DNA of 64,000 bases, taken from assembly GCA_963803805.1 (NCBI GenBank), contig CAWDOD010000002.1:256001-320000 (forward strand), read 5' to 3'. This stretch comes from an uncultured cyanobacterium (GTDB lineage Bacteria; Cyanobacteriota; Cyanobacteriia; Cyanobacteriales; CAWCAG01). Positions 31,068-40,198 of the stretch are shown piece after piece (the stretch's first letter is position 1; the number at the start of each line of letters is the position of its first letter). The notes beneath the pieces are model-generated. The model was not told the DNA's origin. It saw only the letters and a program-made list of their open reading frames with translations, and ran no database searches. Made by a program: the position numbers and the translations under genes.

Positions 31068-32345
31068 TTAAACTCTACCTCGCAGCATTTGAGCCATTTC
31101 ATTTTGAGCAGGAGATAATTCTAGGGCCGTTTCTTCTGTAATTCTTCCTTCTTGATAAAGGTTGAACAGAGCCTTATTCATCGTAATCATGCCATCAAAT
31201 TCCCCATCTTGCATAAGCTGAAGCATTTCTTCTGGCTTATCATCTCGGATATATTCCCGCATCGTCACAGTATTAACCAAGATGTCGTGGAAAGCAGCTC
31301 GTTTACCATCGGTAGTACGACATAAACCTTGAGAAATCACAGCTACGAGGGATTCAGCTAAGGCTACTCGCATAGCAGGCTGTTCTTCAGCGTTATAAAG
31401 GGTAAGAATACGCTCAATAGTCTTGATAGCGCTGTTGGTGTGTAAAGTTCCCATCACCAAGTGACCAGTTTGAGCCGCTTTTAAAGCTGTATTAACTGTA
31501 AATTTATCCCGCATTTCCCCTACTAGAATCAAGTCAGGGTCTTCCCGTAAAGAAGCTTTAAGGGCATTATCAAATTCGAGGGTGTGCATCCCCACTTCCC
31601 TTTGCTTAATTAAAGATTTACGACTTTGATGGACAAATTCAATGGGGTCTTCAATGGTAATAATGTGCTTGGCCATGTTTTTATTGATGTAATCCACCAT
31701 TGCTGCCATAGTAGTGGATTTACCAGAACCCGTTGGCCCTGTTACCAAGACTAATCCTTTATGGGCAGAAGAAACTTCTTTAAAAACCTCTGGCAAGTTC
31801 AACTGCTCTAAAGTCAGGATTTTAAGGGGAATCAAACGCATGACCATCGAAGGCCCTGTGAGGGTTTCAAAGATATTGATCCTTACCCTAGCAAATTCGT
31901 ATTGGGTAGCCCCGTCAAACTCCAGAGTTTCTTGAAACCTCTTGATTTCTGCATCTGTTAGCACCTCACCAAGCCAACTCATAAACGTATCCCTGTCTGT
32001 TTCGGGATACTCAGTAATTAGCATCTCTCCTCTGTCCCTAAAGCGAGGAGGTTGCCCTACGCCAACGTGGACATCAGAATAGCCTTTGTCATAGGCCATA
32101 TTGACTATATCTGCTAAGCTTGGCTGTCCAGAAGGGCGTTGCTGTTTTCCTGAAGTACTTTGAGCTTTGGGAGTAGCTGGTACTTGTTGCCTAGTAGCTG
32201 AGCTAACGACAGTTTTCGTCTGGGCAACAGAGGCTGAAGAACTTTTAGGCGCTTCACCTCTAGGAGGAGTTTGCCTCGGAGGTGGTGCAGGGGGCATCCG
32301 GGGAGGAGGAGGAGGAGAAATAGGGGGGCGCTGGGATTCTGTCAT
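31068..32345 (-). CDS. pilT: Type IV pilus retraction ATPase (PilT2-like, Pro-rich N-terminal extension)
   Basis: SDVH, GPTGSGKST, TIEDPIE, LREDPD, GEMRD, TLHTNSA. Confidence 0.93.
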   Translation of the reverse strand: MTESQRPPISPPPPPRMPPAPPPRQTPPRGEAPKSSSASVAQTKTVVSSATRQQVPATPKAQSTSGKQQRPSGQPSLADIVNMAYDKGYSDVHVGVGQPPRFRDRGEMLITEYPETDRDTFMSWLGEVLTDAEIKRFQETLEFDGATQYEFARVRINIFETLTGPSMVMRLIPLKILTLEQLNLPEVFKEVSSAHKGLVLVTGPTGSGKSTTMAAMVDYINKNMAKHIITIEDPIEFVHQSRKSLIKQREVGMHTLEFDNALKASLREDPDLILVGEMRDKFTVNTALKAAQTGHLVMGTLHTNSAIKTIERILTLYNAEEQPAMRVALAESLVAVISQGLCRTTDGKRAAFHDILVNTVTMREYIRDDKPEEMLQLMQDGEFDGMITMNKALFNLYQEGRITEETALELSPAQNEMAQMLRGRV

Positions 32346-32706
32346 AGGTAAACTGCTACTAGTTTTGACTATAGATTAATTGAAATTCAGGAAATCCTTT
32401 GTATCTATTATTCCCTAAATTTCCTTTTGCTTAATCATTACTTATTCAAGCAAAAATAAGTCCTAAGAGTGAGTGAAAAATTGTTTTTCTTTCTTGGGAC
32501 AGAAAATATTTTTTAATAGAACTATCACTTGAGAAATAACCTAGCTAAAGCACTTGCTCCCAATGTAAATTTTTTTTTCTATTTACTCATCTTATTAGAA
32601 AGTTTATATATACTTATTTCTACATAGCTTGACTCAATCAAATTAAATAATTTTTCGAGAAATTCCCTTTACTTTTTGTTACATAAAACCTTTAGGAGGT
32701 AAGAAC

Positions 32707-33081
32707 ATGGAACTAACTCAAGAACATAGTTTAGGAAAAACTTATTTTGCCACTCTTGTTAAAAGCTTCTTGCTGTGGAGCTTTACTTTAACGGTTTGCT
32801 TATTAGTAGTAGGTTTTCCTTTAATCGTCTTAATGATGACTGTAGGCGCTCTCTTATCGATTGTTTTACAATCAGTGTTGCCTGTAAGCGCAGTTTTACT
32901 AGTAGCAGGTAGCCTACTAGGTTTTAATATTCTAGCTATTGTTACAGGAGCCGGAGTTCTTACCGTCAAAGGAGTTCATCCCCAGGAAGTTAGTTGGTTA
33001 AACTGGTTACATGGAAAAGATGGGGCTTTAGACTCCCCGATTTACCCCTCATGCCCTTTAACTTGCAATTTAATTCATTAG
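32707..33081 (+). CDS. Conserved hypothetical membrane protein
   Basis: Strong SD (AGGAGG), hydrophobic helices, C-terminal CPLTC. Confidence 0.7.
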   Translation: MELTQEHSLGKTYFATLVKSFLLWSFTLTVCLLVVGFPLIVLMMTVGALLSIVLQSVLPVSAVLLVAGSLLGFNILAIVTGAGVLTVKGVHPQEVSWLNWLHGKDGALDSPIYPSCPLTCNLIH

Positions 33082-33124
33082 AACTGAGTTAGTTCAAAAG
33101 TTGTTTTGAAGATAAGGTTTGTGT

Positions 33125-33148
33125 AACCCGGTAAGTACCGGGTTTTTT
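33125..33148 (+). terminator. Rho-independent terminator
   Basis: AACCCGGTA-AG-TACCGGGTT perfect hairpin plus T run. Confidence 0.7.
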
Positions 33149-33185
33149 CGTATATAGGAAGTGAAGTATTGTTAAACTTCTTTAA

Positions 33186-34328
33186 GTGAAACATACTCTA
33201 GCTATGAAAAAATCAGCCTCTTCTTCAATTTGCATCACCATAGGAACTCGTCCAGAAGCTATTAAATTAGCTCCTGTGGTGCAAGAATTTCTTAGTTCCT
33301 CTGTTTTACAAACTCAAGTAGTTCTCACTGGACAGCATCGCGAGATGGTAGACCAAGTTATGCAGCTATTTGAGTTAAGCGCCAACTGGGACTTAAATAT
33401 TATGCGACCTAAGCAAACCTTAACCGATATTACTTGTCGCAGCTTACAGGGCCTAGAAGCTCTATTTAAAGAAATTAAGCCTCAATTGGTGTTAGTTCAG
33501 GGTGACACAACTACAGCCTTTGCTGCGGCTTTAGGGGCATTTTATCAACAAATTCCTATTGGTCATGTTGAGGCAGGTTTACGTACAGATAATCTTTATA
33601 ACCCCTATCCAGAAGAAGCTAACCGCCGCTTGATCTCCCAGTTAAGCCAGCTACACTTTGCCCCAACTCCCAAAGCAGTAGAAAATTTATTTAAGTCTGG
33701 AGTGACAGGGGAGATTCATCAAACAGGAAATACAGTTATTGATGCTTTGCTAAAAGTAGCTAACAATAAGCCAAACTGTGACATTCCTGGTTTAGAATGG
33801 GAACAATATCGCCTTCTTTTGGCTACAGTACATCGGCGGGAAAACTGGGGCGAACCTTTAGAAGATATCCTTAAGGGTTTTCTATTGATTCTCGAAGAAT
33901 TCCCTGATACTGCTTTGTTGTTACCATTGCATCGCAATCCAACAGTAAGGAAACCAATTAAAGCGGCATTAGGGGAACACCCTCGCGTTTTTTTAACTGA
34001 ACCTTTAGATTATGCTCAGTTAGTAGGAGCAATTCAACGTTGTTATTTGCTCTTAACTGATTCGGGGGGATTGCAGGAAGAAGCCCCTAGTTTAGGCAAA
34101 CCGGTATTAGTTTTGCGAGAAACTACAGAGCGTCCTGAAGCAGTTGAAGCAGGTACAGCCGAATTGGTGGGAACTACAGCTAATAATATTTTGGCAACAG
34201 CTAGTAAGTTATTGCGAGATAAAGTTGCTTATCAAAAAATGGCTGGAGCGATTAATCCTTTCGGAGATGGTCATGCTTCAGCAAGAATTGTCAAAATTGT
34301 TGAAAAGTATTTGGGTTTTAGTAATTAA
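33186..34328 (+). CDS. wecB: UDP-N-acetylglucosamine 2-epimerase (non-hydrolysing)
   Basis: GTRPEAIK, TGQHREM, VQGDTTT, HVEAGLR, TDSGGLQEEAP. Confidence 0.96.
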   Translation: MKHTLAMKKSASSSICITIGTRPEAIKLAPVVQEFLSSSVLQTQVVLTGQHREMVDQVMQLFELSANWDLNIMRPKQTLTDITCRSLQGLEALFKEIKPQLVLVQGDTTTAFAAALGAFYQQIPIGHVEAGLRTDNLYNPYPEEANRRLISQLSQLHFAPTPKAVENLFKSGVTGEIHQTGNTVIDALLKVANNKPNCDIPGLEWEQYRLLLATVHRRENWGEPLEDILKGFLLILEEFPDTALLLPLHRNPTVRKPIKAALGEHPRVFLTEPLDYAQLVGAIQRCYLLLTDSGGLQEEAPSLGKPVLVLRETTERPEAVEAGTAELVGTTANNILATASKLLRDKVAYQKMAGAINPFGDGHASARIVKIVEKYLGFSN

Positions 34329-34334
34329 CAAGTT

Positions 34335-34395
34335 GTAAGGGCGAGTTCTAGTAAATTTACGAGATTATTAAAAATACTAATAGACCCGCCTTTAC
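34335..34395. repeat. About 62-nt palindromic REP-like element, copy 1
   Basis: GTAAGGGCG...CGCCTTTAC termini; an inverted related copy lies at 52487-52549. Confidence 0.65.
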
Positions 34396-34417
34396 TAAAA
34401 TTTCTAATTATTTAACA

Positions 34418-34978
34418 ATGAATCAAGAATGGCTAGAAATTGGTAAAATCGTCGCTCCTCAAGGCTTAAAAGGAGAAATGCGAGTTGTTAGTAGCTCTGA
34501 CTTTCCTGAACGTTTTGAGGAACCAGGGGAACGTTGGTTGAAAGATAGTCAAGGTAATCCTCCTCAAAAAGTCGAACTTGTCAAAGGACGCTTGCTACCA
34601 GGAAAAAAACTTTATGTAATTCAATTAGCTGAAGTTAAAGGGCGCGATCGCGCAGAAGCCTTGCGAGGTTATAAATTATTAATAGCTAAAAGTAGTGACA
34701 GTCTCCCTGTTTTAGCAGAGGATGAGTATCACGTCGGTGATTTAGTAGATTTAGAAGTTTACAATCAGAAAACTAGCAAAGTGATTGGTATAGTTGTGGA
34801 TGTTTTTACCGCAGGAAATGACTTATTAGAAGTCCAACTGACTCAAAAAGCTGCACCTTCTAGCTCAACAAGAGTTTTTATTCCTTTTGTTAAAGAAATT
34901 GTTCCCATAGTTGATTTAAAAGCTGGTCGCCTGGAAATTAATCCCCCTGACGGATTGTTAGAAATTAATTCAAATTGA
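34418..34978 (+). CDS. rimM: Ribosome maturation factor RimM
   Basis: IGKIVAPQGLKGE, EDEYHVGDL, GNDLLEV, IPFVKEIVP. Confidence 0.95.
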   Translation: MNQEWLEIGKIVAPQGLKGEMRVVSSSDFPERFEEPGERWLKDSQGNPPQKVELVKGRLLPGKKLYVIQLAEVKGRDRAEALRGYKLLIAKSSDSLPVLAEDEYHVGDLVDLEVYNQKTSKVIGIVVDVFTAGNDLLEVQLTQKAAPSSSTRVFIPFVKEIVPIVDLKAGRLEINPPDGLLEINSN

Positions 34979-35190
34979 ACTCAAACCTCTACTCCCTACT
35001 AGCTACTCACTCTTTTACGGCGTATCTCCGACACAACTAAAGAAAAATTGTCTTAAGTGTGATATCATGCTCAAACACAATGCTTAAGGTTGAAGAGTCA
35101 ATGAATCTAATAAGCATTATTCAGAGTGAACTAAGGGCTTAACCACGCATCTTCTAGTTACTGGAATTTAGACTATAGGTACTAGATTCG

Positions 35191-35224
35191 GGTAGGCAAA
35201 ATCTGTTCTTAGATTTTGCCTACC
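35191..35224. terminator. Perfect 14-bp hairpin between convergent rimM and the CIS operon (probable terminator)
   Basis: GGTAGGCAAAATCT-gttctt-AGATTTTGCCTACC. Confidence 0.6.
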
Positions 35225-35287
35225 TTACAGTAAAAATTGTTAGACCTCAAAAGGCGATCGCTCAAGTTGAAGAGATTATAGTTACTC

Positions 35288-35434
35288 TTAAGAAAGCTTG
35301 CCAATCTCTACAACCCAGCGTCGGCGCTCAGAATGTTCCAGAAGTAAGATATCCTCTAAAGACCAGTGGAAATGCAAAGCAATAAAGGCTACCTCTTGGT
35401 ACAACTCATCCAAGGGGTAGCCAAGGATTCCCCC
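35288..35434 (-). CDS. DUF6760-like small ORF without ATG; probable -1 frameshift extension of the upstream tail assembly chaperone
   Basis: Manual translation GGILGYPLDELYQEVAFIALHFHWSLEDILLLEHSERRRWVVEIGKLS*; overlaps 35389-35748 in the -1 frame at GGGGGAA. Confidence 0.8.
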   Translation of the reverse strand, partial: GGILGYPLDELYQEVAFIALHFHWSLEDILLLEHSERRRWVVEIGKLS

Positions 35435-35748
35435 GACGGATCTATTACCTCCTCTATAAGGTTGAGGCGTTGATAAAAGTCTTGTAAATAAGCAAAGTCT
35501 ACCAAGAATAGCTTTTGTAACGTTTCTGGAGTAACAGCACTAAACTGACCTAAAGAAGTGATTACCCTTGATAAAGCGATAAAAACCCGCTCTTCTTCGT
35601 AATTAGCTTCGCGGTATTTTTGGACAAAAATTTCATCTTTTCCTGTAGCAGGGCGCATTTTTCCGTGGCGATGGACAACTCCCTGCTCATCTACAAAACC
35701 TTTAGGTAGAGTGAAGGGAAATTCAGTATAGGACATATCAATTATCAC
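35389..35748 (-). CDS. eCIS/phage tail assembly chaperone, paralogue 2
   Basis: TEFPFTLPKGFVD...HRHGKMRPAT..DE...SRVITSLG...DFAYLQDFY; paralogous to the upstream gene. Confidence 0.8.
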   Translation of the reverse strand: MIIDMSYTEFPFTLPKGFVDEQGVVHRHGKMRPATGKDEIFVQKYREANYEEERVFIALSRVITSLGQFSAVTPETLQKLFLVDFAYLQDFYQRLNLIEEVIDPSGESLATPWMSCTKR

Positions 35749-35798
35749 ATTGAGAATTAAACATTAATCATTAATCATTTTCCTAATTAGATTAATAT

Positions 35799-36137
35799 CT
35801 ATTCCACATTTTCCTTGGCTTTAACTTCTTTGGGTTGCTCATTTTCTAACTCCAAACCATTAATTTGGCGATAGAATTTTTGTAAATAGTTGAGGTCGCA
35901 AGCAAAAAAGCCTTCGATTACTGCTGGACTTATATCATCTAAAGCACCCAAGCGGGTTATAACCCTAGCAAGAATCAACACTGTAGCATAGGCTGGATTT
36001 GATTTAACGCGGGGATCGCGCATCGGTGTAATTTCATCCATCGCCCGCGAAAGACGCATCACCCCTTTGCGGTGGAGATTTCCTTCTGTGTCAATGTAAC
36101 CTTTTGGTAAAGTAAATTCAAATTCAGTTTGCAGCAT
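35799..36137 (-). CDS. eCIS/phage tail assembly chaperone, paralogue 1
   Basis: TEFEFTLPKGYID...HRKGVMRL...DPRV..NPAY...DLNYLQKFY; follows the tube genes. Confidence 0.82.
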   Translation of the reverse strand: MLQTEFEFTLPKGYIDTEGNLHRKGVMRLSRAMDEITPMRDPRVKSNPAYATVLILARVITRLGALDDISPAVIEGFFACDLNYLQKFYRQINGLELENEQPKEVKAKENVE

Positions 36138-36216
36138 TTATAGTAATTTTTTCATCATGAGGAAGTAGAATAACAAGACAATTAGCCATTAGCAATTAGC
36201 TGTTAGCCAAATAAGG

Positions 36217-36702
36217 CTATTTAACCCTTATAAAATGATCCACAGCTAATTCTACTTCTTCAACCTCAAACTCATTGTTACCGGCTTTAACATCTCCTAT
36301 TTTGTAACCTACAGGCCAAGCACCTTGGAAACGAAATCTGGCTCTTTCAATTGCACCTTGATCATAAATTGTCAAGTCCCCATCTTTCCTTTGCTTACTC
36401 CACTCTCCCTCTTCCACGGCTTGAAACCACTTCCACATAGTTGTCGAAACCGTTAAACCTCGCTTCAGAGTAATATTCTCGCTTTTGCTGTTACCGGGAA
36501 GTTTAGTACGAACAACCTTACCGTTTTTAGCTCCACCCTTGCCCCATTTTTGGGGAGTAACTTCGCAAATCTCAATTACCTCTTGGCTACGCTTAAATCC
36601 TTGACACTCCATAAAATAAGCATCAATAGGATTTTTCGACCCATCTAATTTTAATTCCAGGTAAAAGCGGGCGCTACTAAGGATTTCAAATTGTTCTGCC
36701 AT
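36217..36702 (-). CDS. CIS inner tube protein (T4 gp19-like, Afp1/5 family)
   Basis: FMECQG, KLPG, NITLKRG, WKW, AWPVGY, EEVELA. Confidence 0.9.
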   Translation of the reverse strand: MAEQFEILSSARFYLELKLDGSKNPIDAYFMECQGFKRSQEVIEICEVTPQKWGKGGAKNGKVVRTKLPGNSKSENITLKRGLTVSTTMWKWFQAVEEGEWSKQRKDGDLTIYDQGAIERARFRFQGAWPVGYKIGDVKAGNNEFEVEEVELAVDHFIRVK

Positions 36703-36773
36703 GGTGTACTCCTACAACTGAGCAAGACAGGAAGAAAGTTAAACTCTTACCATTCTTCCTGTTTGCCCTGAAC

Positions 36774-37247
36774 TTACTTAACCCGATGTAAGTTTTCGTA
36801 AACAATTTCAACAGTTTCTGTACCCAATTCCGTAGCACCTGCTTCTAACTTAGATGACTTGTAACTTGCAGGCATCGCTCCGGTAAAATTCCAACGGGCG
36901 GCTTCTTCTCCAGCTTGGTTATAGAGAATAATTGAGCCTGTTTTTCTTTCTCCTTTACTGCTTGTACCACCACCAGCAATAGGTTCAGAATGGGAGTCTT
37001 CATACCATTGCATCAATCTATTATCTTCAACAGTATCCACATACTCTATAGTTATTTTGCCATTTTCCACCCCGGTAACAGTAGCCTGCATTTGGCTTTT
37101 GCCTCCCTTAGTAACACCAAAAGCTTTGGTATCCCCAGCAGTTTGTAATTTAACTTCTATACCACTAACCTTTTTGACGATTAGATCATCTAAGCCATCT
37201 AGCTGAGCATAAAACTTAGAACAAGCAAGAATTTCACCAGCAGCCAT
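36774..37247 (-). CDS. CIS inner tube protein (gp19-like)
   Basis: RKTGSIILYNQAGEEAARWNFTGAMPASY...ETVEIVYE. Confidence 0.85.
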   Translation of the reverse strand: MAAGEILACSKFYAQLDGLDDLIVKKVSGIEVKLQTAGDTKAFGVTKGGKSQMQATVTGVENGKITIEYVDTVEDNRLMQWYEDSHSEPIAGGGTSSKGERKTGSIILYNQAGEEAARWNFTGAMPASYKSSKLEAGATELGTETVEIVYENLHRVK

Positions 37248-37298
37248 AGTTAAACTCCAAAATTTAGTTCAATAACAATAATTCAATAACTTCAGTGA

Positions 37299-37772
37299 CT
37301 ATTTCACACGATTAACTTGTTCGCAGAGTACAGTAAAAGTTTCCTTACAAAGGTCTTTACTATCTGCGGCGAAGTCATTGACTTTATAGGTTTTAATCCA
37401 GATATTGACAAGATTCCAGCGCAAAACTTCGTTATCTTCACTGTCATAACCAACAATGGAACCATTTTTACGGTTTTCACGCCACTTACCGTCGCCACCT
37501 TCGCTCTTGGGCATGGTGGCCTTCAACCAGTTATACCAATCCTGATCGCCTTCACAAAGATAAGTTTCGATGGTTACATCAGGGTTTTCTTCAAATCCTG
37601 CTGAGGTGGTTTGCCATAGAGTCTTACCATCTTTAGTAGAAGCTAGTGGTTTTTCGTGACCGGCGGTTTGTCCTGTAAAAGTTACCTCTTGGACGCTAGC
37701 AACTAGTTTATCTGTCAAGCCATCTACTTCCCAGTAAAATCGACTAGTTGGGGTTGGTCTTAATTCTGTCAT
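37299..37772 (-). CDS. CIS inner tube protein (gp19-like)
   Basis: RKNGSIVGYDSEDNEVLRWNLVNIW...ETFTV; first gene after the sheath. Confidence 0.85.
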   Translation of the reverse strand: MTELRPTPTSRFYWEVDGLTDKLVASVQEVTFTGQTAGHEKPLASTKDGKTLWQTTSAGFEENPDVTIETYLCEGDQDWYNWLKATMPKSEGGDGKWRENRKNGSIVGYDSEDNEVLRWNLVNIWIKTYKVNDFAADSKDLCKETFTVLCEQVNRVK

Positions 37773-37888
37773 TGTTTAACTCCTAAATCTGCAACAAAAT
37801 TAATAGTTTTCTTTTGCTTAGTTGGAACAGAAGAAGGGCGACTCTTGAAAATTTTTGGGTCGCTCTTCTCCATTTTAGATCCTAATGA

Positions 37889-39604
37889 TTACTGGTTGGG
37901 GGCCCATTGGCTAACGCGGAAAATGACAAATTCGGCCGGACGTACAGGACAAACACCAACTTCTACATAAAGGCGACCCATCATCATGGTTTCTGGGGTA
38001 TTGAGAGTGCCGTCACACTTGACATAAAAAGATTCGGCAGGGGAAGCACCAAATAGCGCTCCTTCGCGCCACAAACGCTCTAGGAATGTACCAACGGTAC
38101 GCTTTACCCTTTCCCAAAGATCCATATCATTAGGTTCAAAAACAACCCATTGAGTACCAATCTCAATGGACTTTTCAATGTAGCTAATCAAGCGACGTAC
38201 ACTGATATAGCGCCATTGAATATTATCAGGTTCAACCAGAGTACGAGCGCCCCAAACTTTGTAGCCTCGATTGTAGTTAGCAAAGTTACGGATACAGTTA
38301 ATCCCCATGGGGTTGAGAAGTTCTTGTTCCCGCATATTGGTTTCGTAGGCTAAACCAATGACTCCCCTGGGGGTGTCATTAGCTGGGGCTTTGAAAATAC
38401 CACGGTTTTGGTCAGTGCGACACCAAATTCCCATCATATGACCACAAGGGGGGATACTAATGGGTCTTCCTGCATTGCGAGGGTTGGGAACTTTGATCCA
38501 GGGGTAGTATAAGGCGCCAAACATAGAACGGCGGTTAAAGGCTTTTAACCACTCAGCTATGTGTTGGGGTCTTTGTTCTTCAGGCTTGACAGCTTGGTTC
38601 TCATTCTTACCCATCTTAACAGGGGGGGGATCTAACACCACCATGCGGTAAGGAGGGCCAGGGAAGGAGTTCTCGCAGAGACTAACCATCATCTCCATGA
38701 CCCCATGTACCTGATCTAAGTCCAGCAAATTGTCTTGGTAGGCCCGCATCAGGTCAGGACAGGCTATCATAGCTACTTCGTCTACTTCAAACAGCCCTTG
38801 CATCCCTTGGCGTTCGTCCCGGCTACCGGTTACATCCCTGGTTAAGCGATCAGGAGGCGCAATGTAAGGAGGGGGGGCAACTTCATAGGTTCCATTGGCA
38901 GGCCGTCGAGAGATGGCAGATTGTCCAGTGATGGAGATGTCAGCAACGCTTACATACTCAGAAGCTTCCATAACTGCAACAGCATAATCTGCTACGGCTG
39001 TTTCTACTTCTGGGTTCATGGTGAGGTTATCGTAGCGCTCTAATTCTTCGTTACCACTTCTGACTACTACATTGAAGAATTCCCCAGTATTGATTGGGGA
39101 TTCTGCGTCTTCCGGGGCATCATCGGGTAGGGGTTTAGGTGTGCTTTCTTCTACATAAACCCGGATGCGTCCATCAGCAGAAGGTAAGGCCAGTTGACTA
39201 TTTTCTCCTTCTGGCATTTTCAAATTGAATGCTAAAGAAGGTTTGCCCCCAGGAGTAAGCATTTTCGTTGCCGTTTCTTCTGGTGCTGGGGCTTCGGAAC
39301 CAGGTAATTTTGTACCGATACTTGTTACCCAACAACGTCCTCCCCCATTCAAAAACCAACCTTGGACAGCGAAAGGAAGATAGGCATCAAAATCTGTAAA
39401 ACCATCAGAACCCGGTTTAGCAAAATACTCCCTAAACTGATCGAAGTTGGTAACCATCATTGGCTTAAACAATTCTGCGTCGCCCCGGACATCTTCGGTA
39501 AAACCGATAAATCCTGCTACGCTCATACTTAACCCTTCAATCGGGCGACTGCCCCGGTCTACTTCTTCAACGTAGACCCCAGGAGCGAAATAATCCAATG
39601 CCAT
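37889..39604 (-). CDS. CIS contractile sheath protein (Afp2/3/4, phage tail sheath family)
   Basis: APGVYVEEV, ALYYPWIKV, PPCGH, KAPAN, WGARTL, WRYISVRRL, WVVFEPND, PVRPAEFVIFR. Confidence 0.96.
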   Translation of the reverse strand: MALDYFAPGVYVEEVDRGSRPIEGLSMSVAGFIGFTEDVRGDAELFKPMMVTNFDQFREYFAKPGSDGFTDFDAYLPFAVQGWFLNGGGRCWVTSIGTKLPGSEAPAPEETATKMLTPGGKPSLAFNLKMPEGENSQLALPSADGRIRVYVEESTPKPLPDDAPEDAESPINTGEFFNVVVRSGNEELERYDNLTMNPEVETAVADYAVAVMEASEYVSVADISITGQSAISRRPANGTYEVAPPPYIAPPDRLTRDVTGSRDERQGMQGLFEVDEVAMIACPDLMRAYQDNLLDLDQVHGVMEMMVSLCENSFPGPPYRMVVLDPPPVKMGKNENQAVKPEEQRPQHIAEWLKAFNRRSMFGALYYPWIKVPNPRNAGRPISIPPCGHMMGIWCRTDQNRGIFKAPANDTPRGVIGLAYETNMREQELLNPMGINCIRNFANYNRGYKVWGARTLVEPDNIQWRYISVRRLISYIEKSIEIGTQWVVFEPNDMDLWERVKRTVGTFLERLWREGALFGASPAESFYVKCDGTLNTPETMMMGRLYVEVGVCPVRPAEFVIFRVSQWAPNQ

Positions 39605-39849
39605 GATTCAGCGATCCTCCAGATGTAGAATATCTTTACCTTAAATTTATTAATCCCCTAAATCTAGTAAACAGCCGCTTTCTTGCAAATTTCTTAAACT
39701 TTTCGAGAATGTTTACCCAACTTAATAACATTTCTTGCCAGAGGGGGGATTTACTTTTTGATGTTTAGATATTGTTAATATGTAAAGCCACCTTCACTTT
39801 TAGGCTAGACATAGCATTCAGTCTAAACAAGGGATCTGGCGGTAGCCAT

Positions 39850-39863
39850 TAGACTTTGGTCTA
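39850..39863. promoter_or_regulatory. Candidate operator palindrome TAGAC-TTTG-GTCTA
   Basis: Inverted repeat in the divergent sheath/regulator spacer; a second TAGAC...GTCTA pair with a longer spacer lies at about 39806-39825. Confidence 0.4.
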
Positions 39864-40198
39864 TAGCTATATTTTGAGGAATTGGCAAAAGTATTAATTT
39901 TTTCTAACTATTAAGCAATTGTGATCCTAACTTAGGTTAGTTTCAAAAGTAAAAAGTAACTTAAAATATACGCTGATTAATCTTGATCCTTACACCAACA
40001 AGAGCAAGTACAGCAAAGAATTAGGAAATCAAGGTAGCATCTGGGTACAAAACTTAGTCAAATGGTGGGGCGCAATTTTCTTTTCCTCTATCGCGCTTAG
40101 GAAAAAATCAGGAAAAGTCAAGAGAAAGTTTGAAGTTAAAAAGACAAAAAACATTTTTCTTGATAACTTCTTCGCAAAAGAGTTTTAGGGGCAATTTT

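Noticed and set aside
34979-35287. tRNA or attachment site at the CIS boundary
   Set aside because: No cloverleaf, T-loop or CCA pattern and no flanking direct repeat found by eye
35288-39604. Prophage interpretation of the tail genes
   Set aside because: No capsid, portal, terminase, integrase or lysis genes; the Pvc16/DUF4255-like gene and chaperone types point to eCIS
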